Positions 28,424 to 36,762 of a stretch of DNA of 64,000 bases are shown piece by piece; the stretch's first letter is position 1, and every line of letters begins with the position of its first letter. The stretch spans positions 32,001 through 96,000 of IMG/VR virus record IMGVR_UViG_3300010885_072825; one strand, written 5' to 3'. A model generated the notes under the pieces. It saw only the letters and a program-made list of their open reading frames with translations, made no database searches and was not told the DNA's origin. A program made the translations under genes and the position numbers. The DNA is from a virus.

Positions 28424-29881
28424 CTAAATCAAATAATTTATTTTTTCTGTTGTATAGGGATATTTTGCTGAATCATAATGCTTCTTACGAGCAGTCAAGT
28501 GACGTTTGCTGAACTTACAAGTGCTGGTAATATCATATATCATGGCATGATCCTTGTCATTTGCCATTCGAAGTCCACGCCCAATACTTTGTATCACTCG
28601 AATAAAACTCTTGCCGGGTTCAACCATCACTAGATTAAATATCCGCGGAATGTCAAGTCCAACCGCCGCAACTCCGAAAGTAGCGATAACAACTTGATCA
28701 TCGGCTACTCTAATAGAGTCATAGGCTTCTGATCTTTTTGCTGTCTTTACACTACCACTAACAAATACACTATTGGGAATTAATTCAGCTAATCGCTTGC
28801 CAGTTTCAATTCTGTCTACTAGAACCACAGTATTACCCGAATCTTTGATTAGCATGATTCTATCAGCCAACCATTTGAGCCTAGCTTCGTTTGTTGTTAG
28901 GAATTTCAGTTCATCAGGATACTTTCCGAATACTTGTGTTTCACGCGTTTGTAGAATATTGACATGACAATTTGCCAAAACCCCCTGTGCTTGCAATTCA
29001 TGAGCAGGTAATTCTCCAACTGGTGGTCCAATAGCAGACAACAAACTCAATTGATCTTGCTCTAGTTCCGGCAAAGTGCCTGTGACCCCCCAACGAAGAG
29101 GGACATTTGCGAAATTATTGGTCAACAAATCCAGAAGTGTGTTCCCCCTAACCATATGAGTTTCGTCGGTTATTACACAAACCAGGTCTTTCATGAAAAC
29201 TGCTAGTTGACCATCGTCCAAGCAATCTTTGGATTTTTTATCCAAAACACTTAGACTTTGCCAGGTACAAATAGTATGCTGTCGATTATATTCTTTTCGA
29301 TCACCAAATAGAACGCCAGTATCCAATCCCAAATTAATGTAGTCTTTTTCAGTTTGTTCAACTAGTGATATATTGGGAACGATTACTATTGATCGACCCC
29401 AGGGTTCAACAATAGAACTCAAAGTTCCACAGACTAGTGATTTTCCAGATCCTGTTGCCGCCACATAAATTGATTGTGGATTTTCAATAAACGTATTAAC
29501 GATGTTGACTTGGTAGTCTCGAAGTACAATTGGTTGACCTTCAAATCGATGACCAGCTGGCCAAGTTTTGCCTGCATGATAGTTTTCGTCAATGGTCTTT
29601 AGCGAAAAATCAAATGCAGGTCTTTGATCTTCTAATTCAATTTCATAGCCAGCTGTTTGAATAATAGGCAAGATGCGATCAAGTAGATTTAAATATGTTC
29701 GGCCACCAATGGTCATAAAGCTTTTGGTTCCGTCCCAACGTCCCAATTTAAATGCTGCTGAATATCGAGCACCCGGGATAAAATACTTTAATGCATTGAC
29801 ACATTGACGGCGTTCAGCTAATTCCAGTCCTTTAACTGAAATGTTGACTTCATCCTCAATGATTATTTTTGCTATTTTCAT
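28424..29881 (-). CDS. uvsW: SF2 DNA helicase UvsW
   Basis: LRDYQ, ATGSGKS, DETH, TGT, GLDIP, IQSIGRGLR. Confidence 0.9.
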   Translation of the reverse strand: MKIAKIIIEDEVNISVKGLELAERRQCVNALKYFIPGARYSAAFKLGRWDGTKSFMTIGGRTYLNLLDRILPIIQTAGYEIELEDQRPAFDFSLKTIDENYHAGKTWPAGHRFEGQPIVLRDYQVNIVNTFIENPQSIYVAATGSGKSLVCGTLSSIVEPWGRSIVIVPNISLVEQTEKDYINLGLDTGVLFGDRKEYNRQHTICTWQSLSVLDKKSKDCLDDGQLAVFMKDLVCVITDETHMVRGNTLLDLLTNNFANVPLRWGVTGTLPELEQDQLSLLSAIGPPVGELPAHELQAQGVLANCHVNILQTRETQVFGKYPDELKFLTTNEARLKWLADRIMLIKDSGNTVVLVDRIETGKRLAELIPNSVFVSGSVKTAKRSEAYDSIRVADDQVVIATFGVAAVGLDIPRIFNLVMVEPGKSFIRVIQSIGRGLRMANDKDHAMIYDITSTCKFSKRHLTARKKHYDSAKYPYTTEKINYLI

Positions 29882-30345
29882 CGATCATTATTTTCCATCT
29901 GGGCATCTTCCAGACCAGCTGCTCGTAGTTTTACAATATGTCCTATTTGAAATTGTTTGGTGTCTAGTCCTTTGATGACCGCCAAGTATTTGTTTCTAAC
30001 AAGTGCAACTTCATTAATGATGTCATACATGTCATTGACATCTGCTTCACCATCAATGTATTTTTCAATTGCACGATCAGTTAGTTCTCGATTATAAGCT
30101 TCCAAATATTTGCGATAATGAACACTTCGCATTCGATCCAATCGATGATTGAAATACTTGAGTATAGCTTCCAAATCTTGTAGTTGAGCATATCGGTGAG
30201 CCATAAACCCACCTATATTTTGAGACTGAGTTTCCAACTTGCCTGAAATTTTTGTTTCAGCAAATGCTGTTACCAGTTCTTCATTATAATAAGTGATAGC
30301 GTCTGTGACTCTCGACATGTCATCAACTACTCGATTATACCACAT
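29878..30345 (-). CDS. uvsY: recombination mediator UvsY-like
   Basis: Helical 155 aa between uvsX and uvsW; EKYIDGE and KGLDTKQFQI motifs. Confidence 0.7.
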   Translation of the reverse strand: MWYNRVVDDMSRVTDAITYYNEELVTAFAETKISGKLETQSQNIGGFMAHRYAQLQDLEAILKYFNHRLDRMRSVHYRKYLEAYNRELTDRAIEKYIDGEADVNDMYDIINEVALVRNKYLAVIKGLDTKQFQIGHIVKLRAAGLEDAQMENNDR

Positions 30346-30564
30346 TTATTCTTCTTCAACCTCTTCATCAGGATCGGTTTCTGTAAAATGATCCAGCGCT
30401 AGATCCAAATAGTGATCTTCACCTCGAACCTGTTCCAGGTCATCTAGATCAAATGCGTGATCAGAAAATACTTTGATCAATTTGTTTGCTGCATCTTCTT
30501 TTTTATTGGTTGGTAAGTTTTCATTCAATACTTCCCAAACATCCAGTATGATTGATATATCCAT
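30346..30564 (-). CDS. 72-aa acidic protein with its own start (C-terminus of the HEG ORF)
   Basis: GAGGA RBS before ATG 30564; MDISIILDVWE...; composition flips from basic to acidic. Confidence 0.6.
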   Translation of the reverse strand: MDISIILDVWEVLNENLPTNKKEDAANKLIKVFSDHAFDLDDLEQVRGEDHYLDLALDHFTETDPDEEVEEE

Positions 30565-31320
30565 TTTATTCCTCTTCTTCTTCAATTTTTTATTAATATT
30601 ATTTTCAGTCATTCGAATACGCAATTTTTCCTTGTATTCATCTGAATGAGTTTTACCAAACATTGGATTGTTTTCTCCAGATCTGTATTTTCCAACGTTT
30701 TTAACTTCTCTGGTAGTACCTTGCCCCGTGGTCAAATTGAATGCTTGCCACCCAGAAGACGAACCTTTTCTTGGTATCCATCCGTCTTTTACTGCTGCAC
30801 ACATGGTTGTATATGATATATTTTTATCAATGCAGAATTTCTTAAATCCGCCAGTAAATTCAAAAATTTCTCCCGCAGGGGAAATTACTCGCCATTGGAT
30901 ATTATTTGTTATACTATTCGTAGTACCAGTACGAGAGGGGTACCTTTCTGGATTATTTTTTCTAAGTTCAGATATTGATTTGCCAATTCTTGCACTTACA
31001 TCTGGAGTACGAGTATTTAAGTTTCTACCTCCCAAATCAATATTCAAACTCAATGGATCATCTATAAGTTCTTTAGTAACATACTTGAATTCCAAAGTAT
31101 TCAATTCATTCAAATCCTTTGCAAATTCTAATATTTCTCTCATAATACCAGTTTTACCATGTTTTTTAATATAATAGGTTAATAACAATCCAGATCCAAG
31201 ATAATATTGATCCATGGTTTTATGGCTTCGTATTTTATGTTGGCCAATATAAAACCTACCATCTGGTAGAGTGGTTTTATATATAAATCCATAATATTTT
31301 ATATTGTTAGGCTCAGACAA
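30346..31320 (-). CDS. GIY-YIG homing endonuclease (Seg-like, NUMOD3 motif) read in frame into a small acidic protein
   Basis: GFIY..FYIGQH, YLGSG, REILE, GENNPMFGKTHSDE; TTG start. Confidence 0.8.
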   Translation of the reverse strand: MSEPNNIKYYGFIYKTTLPDGRFYIGQHKIRSHKTMDQYYLGSGLLLTYYIKKHGKTGIMREILEFAKDLNELNTLEFKYVTKELIDDPLSLNIDLGGRNLNTRTPDVSARIGKSISELRKNNPERYPSRTGTTNSITNNIQWRVISPAGEIFEFTGGFKKFCIDKNISYTTMCAAVKDGWIPRKGSSSGWQAFNLTTGQGTTREVKNVGKYRSGENNPMFGKTHSDEYKEKLRIRMTENNINKKLKKKRNKMDISIILDVWEVLNENLPTNKKEDAANKLIKVFSDHAFDLDDLEQVRGEDHYLDLALDHFTETDPDEEVEEE

Positions 31321-31334
31321 TGTTTACCTACTAA

Positions 31335-32843
31335 CTATTCTTCAACATCAACCTGTGTTGTATCTGCATGCCTGAACATACCACCTTCAAGTGTTTGTAT
31401 GTCAGCCATAATTAGATCCAAGCAGTCATTTTTGTTTTGATTCCACGCTTTTCTGAAATATTTCAGCTTCTCTCCATTTTGAAGGGTATAAATCAAGCTG
31501 TTGCCTTCTTTGACAAGTAGACCGGCACCATCAACCAGATCCAGTAGACCCGAATATTCATCCAGTCCACCTGCATAGGGTATCTTCAACTCAATTTTCT
31601 CAAATGGTTTTGAATAACGCGTCTTAGCAACTTGACACATAGAACGAATACCATGTACATCTGTCGTTTTGTTGCCATCATCATCTTCTTTAAGCTTGCC
31701 TTTTTTAATACTCACTACAATACTGGCAGCAAAAATAGGACCAGATCCTCCGGAAATAATATCATCTGGTGCGTATTGTGATTGACTAGAATAAGTATGG
31801 TTGGTAGCCAACAGTCCAATACCTAAATCACCAAACATGTTCACGCAGTTTGTAATTAGCGCTTTAAGTGCTTTGGGTTTTAATCCCATATCACCACGTA
31901 GTGAACCAGCATTGAATTGATCTTGTTGAGTTGGAACCATCAACATTCCCAAACTATCAATTACGAAAAGTACTTCAGGACGATCTGCTTCAGAAAGTCC
32001 GCGATATTCTTTGACAAATTCACTGATCATTTTAGCAACATCATCAATCATAGCCATGTTAAACTTCAACAATTTACTTTCGGAAGTATCCACATTGAAA
32101 GCTTTTAGCCAATCTTCATCTAGAGCATTTTCACTATCTACTAGAATTACATATATTCCTTGATCTTGTGCATTTTTGATAATATTGGCACTTAGGAGGC
32201 TTTTGCCACTGTTGTGACTGGAAAACCCATCACCCCAATATCTATGGTTTGGATGATCAACTTCAAAATCATAGCACTCTTCGGCTGGCATAGAATTAGA
32301 TACTTCAACTGTTTGTATACCTGAATCAGTCAATAATTGATCACCGACTTGTAGTTCACTAGCTAAAATCCAATTGTTATTTGCATCTTGCAATAGATGA
32401 TTTACTGCACAGCACGTTTGATTGCGTTCAGTTTTGATAAATTGCATATTAAGCCGACCCTTATCAAACCAGTTAATAATTGGCTGATATCCATCCGGAG
32501 TATCAATAAAGATTATGTATTGTTGACTTTGAAAAAGTTTTTTTAATTCACCAACTGTTATTTTTTCTGGTGGGAAAAATGCAAACGGATCTTTTTCTCG
32601 ATCAAAATCAATTGGTTGAGCTCGAACCCGAACAATTGCTGATTCCGGCAAGCATCCTGACTCCCCGGCCAAAATTGTGGTCTTTCCCAATGGCACTCCA
32701 CGATTAAAGTTACCACTGATTACATAGTTTAGTGCATAATTACCTGTTGATATCCAAGTCTTGGGATCATGAAATCCCACACTGATACCATCTATACTTT
32801 TAGTTATGTTTTTACGAAAACGCGAAACATCAAATGGTTTCAT
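31335..32843 (-). CDS. uvsX: UvsX/RecA recombinase, intein-containing
   Basis: ISTGNYALN, split Walker A GESG|SGKS, VDSENA, VIDSLG, TNHTY, KTRYSKP. Confidence 0.92.
   Translation of the reverse strand: MKPFDVSRFRKNITKSIDGISVGFHDPKTWISTGNYALNYVISGNFNRGVPLGKTTILAGESGCLPESAIVRVRAQPIDFDREKDPFAFFPPEKITVGELKKLFQSQQYIIFIDTPDGYQPIINWFDKGRLNMQFIKTERNQTCCAVNHLLQDANNNWILASELQVGDQLLTDSGIQTVEVSNSMPAEECYDFEVDHPNHRYWGDGFSSHNSGKSLLSANIIKNAQDQGIYVILVDSENALDEDWLKAFNVDTSESKLLKFNMAMIDDVAKMISEFVKEYRGLSEADRPEVLFVIDSLGMLMVPTQQDQFNAGSLRGDMGLKPKALKALITNCVNMFGDLGIGLLATNHTYSSQSQYAPDDIISGGSGPIFAASIVVSIKKGKLKEDDDGNKTTDVHGIRSMCQVAKTRYSKPFEKIELKIPYAGGLDEYSGLLDLVDGAGLLVKEGNSLIYTLQNGEKLKYFRKAWNQNKNDCLDLIMADIQTLEGGMFRHADTTQVDVEE
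32211..32654 (-). mobile_element. mini-intein (148 aa, no endonuclease) in the UvsX P-loop
   Basis: Starts CLPES (Cys1), block B-like CAVNHLL, block F CYDFEV, ends SHN followed by Ser; no LAGLIDADG motifs. Confidence 0.9.
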
Positions 32844-32876
32844 AATTATTCTCCTAGTTGAAAAGGGTTTTTTAAT

Positions 32877-32900
32877 GGGGATACCGTTGCCAGTATCCCC
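32877..32900 (-). other. intergenic GCAA-tetraloop hairpin between gp32 and uvsX (weak terminator or stabiliser)
   Basis: GGGGATACTG-GCAA-CGGTATCCCC; no U tract on the coding strand. Confidence 0.6.
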
Positions 32901-32914
32901 GATATTAAATTGAA

Positions 32915-33937
32915 TTATCGAGCAGCTTGTTGGCGGCTTCGAATTACGGCCAGTATTTGTTCTGGCGTTTTCTTTTCACTAGTAGAACTCTGTGTTGGTT
33001 CAGGAGTAGTATCTACTTCTTCTTCAACAATAGGTGTCGCTTTCATTCGGCTCAATATTGAACTTGCAGAAGGAACAGCAGTTTCTGTTTTAACCGTTTG
33101 ATTAGCTTGACCAGTTGGTTGATCACTGGTTTCAGCTTTGAATCCACGAGGCTTATAGTATTGACCCCAACGATCTGGATCATACATTTCACCATCAACA
33201 CTGGCTTCAAACAATTCCATGATAGCTGTTTTATGAACTTCATCTGGTTTTTGTGGCAACCAAGAATTTAGGGTATAGAGGCCATGTGTTTCAATTACGT
33301 GTAGTTCATCAGCTGAAAGTGGACGTTCTTTCATGTGCCATGAGCTGGAAGTATAGTTAGGCCACTTGCCTTTGATAGTCTTGGAAATGTCAAAATCACG
33401 ACCATTCTCATAGTCGGTTGGTGAATTTTCCAGATCTGGGCGTAGCAAAATTCCTTTAATAATATCAAACAATTCTTGATTGATATCAAAACGTCGAATA
33501 GGATTTTCAGGTGTTGTGTCATCTGGGTTGGGATTTTTTGTAACAAATCCCTGTAGTAGAAAAGACTTCTTCCTATAATATGTGCGAGCCATGTCTTCCA
33601 AAGCAGTGTCTTTCCACCATGGAGCAATTGCGGCTGTAATACCACATGACCTGTCTTCCCACATATTGGTGCAGGGAACTACTACATCTGTTCTTTTGGA
33701 ATCGCGTTCACCTTTGATTCCTGCAAAGGGAAGTCGAATTGTTAATTTTTCTCTCCAGAAGAAATCATTAGTTGGATCTTCATCTGGTAGGAAACGCGCT
33801 GTTGCTAGTGAATTTTCCGGGTTATTCCAAAATGCATAAGTTAAATTGTTGTTTTGGAAGTTGCCTGTTTTACCTTTTTCTCGTTTTGCTTCTTGTTCTA
33901 ATAGTTTTGCTTGAATTTCTTTTAAAGTTTTTGCCAT
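32915..33937 (-). CDS. single-stranded DNA-binding protein (T4 gp32-like)
   Basis: ARFLPD, FFW, YYRKKSF, DYENGRDF.I.K, NYTSS motifs; next to uvsX. Confidence 0.85.
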   Translation of the reverse strand: MAKTLKEIQAKLLEQEAKREKGKTGNFQNNNLTYAFWNNPENSLATARFLPDEDPTNDFFWREKLTIRLPFAGIKGERDSKRTDVVVPCTNMWEDRSCGITAAIAPWWKDTALEDMARTYYRKKSFLLQGFVTKNPNPDDTTPENPIRRFDINQELFDIIKGILLRPDLENSPTDYENGRDFDISKTIKGKWPNYTSSSWHMKERPLSADELHVIETHGLYTLNSWLPQKPDEVHKTAIMELFEASVDGEMYDPDRWGQYYKPRGFKAETSDQPTGQANQTVKTETAVPSASSILSRMKATPIVEEEVDTTPEPTQSSTSEKKTPEQILAVIRSRQQAAR

Positions 33938-34041
33938 TTTGTTTTGCTTTCATTTAATGTTAAGACGTTCACTGTGATCCACACAGCGCCGACGAACTAT
34001 TTATGCAAAATGGCTGACTATTGATTCAATATTCATGACAT

Positions 34042-36027
34042 TTATTTCAAGTATTCACCATATTTCTCCAGTAAACTTGGGTCAATACATGATCGTGGGT
34101 TTATGAATTTGATTGCTATTGGATTTTGTTTTAACGCAGCACTTTGAACCATTGGTGCTGGTAAAATAATATATCGAATAGCTAATCCATTTTCGCTGAC
34201 CGCAGCCAATTGAATTGGTATACTAGGTTTGCTTATATATTGTATGGCATCCGGCATTGCTTTGACAGCAGCTAATTGAACTTCTAAAGAAGGATCGTTA
34301 ATGAATCTTATTGAAGTTCCATATAAATTAACGGATGCCAATTGAACAGGTATGCTAGGTTCTTCAATATGCTGAATATTAGCCCATGATTTCTCAACAA
34401 ATGCGATTTGTTGTTTCTCTGTCCAATCATTGGGTTCAACTGATTTGTTCTTTGTTTCGGTTAATGATTCATTCAATTGGTCACCATATTTCTCCAGTAA
34501 ACTAGGATTAATACATGATCGTGGATTTATGAATTTGATTGCTTCTGGTTTTTGTTTAATTGCAATCGATTGAATCATGGGTGCGGGATTTTCAATATAA
34601 CGAATTGCCATTCCATTTTGCTCCACCGCTTCCAGCTGTACTCTTATAGAAGGATTTTCAATAAGACGTATTAGGGTTCCATCTTTTCTAACAACAATTA
34701 ATTGAAGCTTCTCTGATGGATTTTTAATAAATTGAATAGCATAACCGTATCTGTTAATTGCCATTAATATAAGTTCTTCAGAGGCTTCAGAGGGATTTTT
34801 AATAAATTGAATAGCTCCTGGATTTTTTTGAACAGCAGCATACTGTATTTCAAAACTGGGATTTTTAATATATTTGAGTGCACTACCAAAAGGTGTCACC
34901 GGTTGATTCGTAACTGCACATAGTTGTACGTCAAAACAAGGATTTTTGATATACTGTATTGCATATGGATGAACTGCAACAATGGCCAATTGAACATTGA
35001 TTGAAGGATTATCAATTTGTTTAAATCTTTTAGAATAATTGAGAGTCTTTAATACCCATTTGATTTGTTCTTCATCACTCAAAGTATTGGGATCCGGATC
35101 TCGATTGATTGATTCATCTAATGGGATGATATTAGGTAAGTTATTGTACCAGTCTTTTATAGACGGTGCTAGGTCTTCCCGTTTAATACAAAATGTAACC
35201 ACCTGGTGATTTTTTTTTGCAGCGGCCCATTGGATCATTGCTGGAGGATGTTTTATATAAGCAATTGAATGTGGATCGGCGTTAACTGACGCCAACATAA
35301 CTCGAACACTAGGGTTCGGAATATATTCAATTGCAGCGCGATGGTTTTCGACTGCACACATCAAGATGTCTTCAGTGATTAACTCTGGCCAAGTATCCAG
35401 CATATCTCCAATGATCATTGAATCATCGTGGATTTTCACAACCCGGTCAATGGCCAATTTAATCAATCCAATACTTGGATTAGATAGATTGAATATCCAG
35501 TAGGGATTGTTTTTTATTTCTTCATATTTCTGTTCTTCTGAACGTAGATTACATTCATCTGAATAGGTTTCTAGAACTTGTTTTTTTAGAAAATCCAAAT
35601 TAGCTGAAAAAGAATTGAAATATTCCTGCAGCTCAACTTGTTCTCTTAATAGACCAAATTTGGGTTCAATGTCTCGATTGAATTTTGCCATGTGAATAGA
35701 CAAGCCACAATGCTTGCCAACTGATCTGATCAATTCAATCTTAGTCAACATTTTATTGAAATTCACATTACCGATCACGCTGGCGTCCGGAATTTTAATA
35801 TCGATCTGACTCTTTGCGCCATTTTCAACAAAAATAATCAAATAACTATAACTTTTTAAATTTTGTTTTTCAGTGTCAGAGTTTGCAACCGTAACAAACA
35901 TTCGTCGCATTTCAGACATGTCTTTGGTAGTTGCCCCATCTTGGTCAAACGTTTGAACGTGGCTTTCTTCCAAGCCTTTGACTATTCCCAGTATTCGTTC
36001 ACTAACATCATTCCAATCAATATTCAT
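34042..36027 (-). CDS. N-terminal domain fused to three helical-repeat (DUF4116-like) modules
   Basis: NPS..VQLAAV...G.AI.YI repeats; modules separated by LQE/VLE, LDE|S, LNE|SLTE; TAAATA at 36049-36054. Confidence 0.75.
   Translation of the reverse strand: MNIDWNDVSERILGIVKGLEESHVQTFDQDGATTKDMSEMRRMFVTVANSDTEKQNLKSYSYLIIFVENGAKSQIDIKIPDASVIGNVNFNKMLTKIELIRSVGKHCGLSIHMAKFNRDIEPKFGLLREQVELQEYFNSFSANLDFLKKQVLETYSDECNLRSEEQKYEEIKNNPYWIFNLSNPSIGLIKLAIDRVVKIHDDSMIIGDMLDTWPELITEDILMCAVENHRAAIEYIPNPSVRVMLASVNADPHSIAYIKHPPAMIQWAAAKKNHQVVTFCIKREDLAPSIKDWYNNLPNIIPLDESINRDPDPNTLSDEEQIKWVLKTLNYSKRFKQIDNPSINVQLAIVAVHPYAIQYIKNPCFDVQLCAVTNQPVTPFGSALKYIKNPSFEIQYAAVQKNPGAIQFIKNPSEASEELILMAINRYGYAIQFIKNPSEKLQLIVVRKDGTLIRLIENPSIRVQLEAVEQNGMAIRYIENPAPMIQSIAIKQKPEAIKFINPRSCINPSLLEKYGDQLNESLTETKNKSVEPNDWTEKQQIAFVEKSWANIQHIEEPSIPVQLASVNLYGTSIRFINDPSLEVQLAAVKAMPDAIQYISKPSIPIQLAAVSENGLAIRYIILPAPMVQSAALKQNPIAIKFINPRSCIDPSLLEKYGEYLK
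34055..34587. repeat. imperfect ~105-bp direct duplication (module ends)
   Basis: tcaccatatttctccagtaaact...atacatgatcgtgg.tttatgaatttgattgct at ~34055 and ~34481. Confidence 0.8.
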
Positions 36028-36054
36028 TCGTATTACTCCAGTAACAACTATTTA

Positions 36055-36762
36055 TCACATATCACCAAATGTGAAATGGCCCATGGGACTCAGTATTGAA
36101 TTGGGTAGATGACGTGACAATCTATAGCCAAAACTGACTTCTCGTCCTTCGGCAACATATTGAAATTTGTCAGGTGATTCTAACAAATAAAAGAAACGTT
36201 GTCCAGTATCAGTTGCAGGATCATAAAAATCAGCGTCAGCATCATCGAATTCCGGATCAATTGCCGTCGTTCCATCAGGCAATTGACTGCCAATATCAGC
36301 AAAATCAAATATGATTTGTGTTTTTAAATCTATTATTTTGGCTGTGAAAAATGGTGAACGAATCAAACTTTTCCACAATTGTTGGCCTGCAGGACTTAGA
36401 TGAGTATCACTCAATATTGGCAGTTTGGTATATTTTTTCACAAACAACATGAGCTCACTCAATATACCTTGTTTTTGATATTGTGGATCCACTGCGGCAT
36501 TAACTGCATATAAGACAGGACCTGGTGCTAATAAAAAACCACAATAACCCACCGGAGATCCTGGACCAACTGCGCGATTGACGGCAAAATAAATTTCATG
36601 CACTTCATCCTTTTGATACCAAACGTCGATTATGAATTTCACAGACCGTGGTTGAATCTGCCCTATCCTCCGTGCATTTGTTGCAGAAGGAATTGTCAAC
36701 TGTGGTTGGTCAAGTATCAATTGAAATTCTGCCAATGTTTTTTCGGTAAGTGGTAATCTCAT
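36055..36762 (-). CDS. GNAT-family acetyltransferase-like protein
   Basis: AVDPQYQKQGI (motif A), SDTHLSPAGQQLWKSL. Confidence 0.65.
   Translation of the reverse strand: MRLPLTEKTLAEFQLILDQPQLTIPSATNARRIGQIQPRSVKFIIDVWYQKDEVHEIYFAVNRAVGPGSPVGYCGFLLAPGPVLYAVNAAVDPQYQKQGILSELMLFVKKYTKLPILSDTHLSPAGQQLWKSLIRSPFFTAKIIDLKTQIIFDFADIGSQLPDGTTAIDPEFDDADADFYDPATDTGQRFFYLLESPDKFQYVAEGREVSFGYRLSRHLPNSILSPMGHFTFGDM

Noticed and set aside
30668-31174. Antisense and overlapping ORFs in the track (e.g. 30668-31174, 37444-37887, 39792-40271, 4285-4620)
   Set aside because: They are shadow frames opposite well-supported genes, with no RBS or recognisable motifs.
34055-34587. Diversity-generating retroelement TR/VR pair
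   Set aside because: Mismatches between the copies are not adenine-specific, both copies are in the same CDS, and there is no reverse transcriptase in the window.
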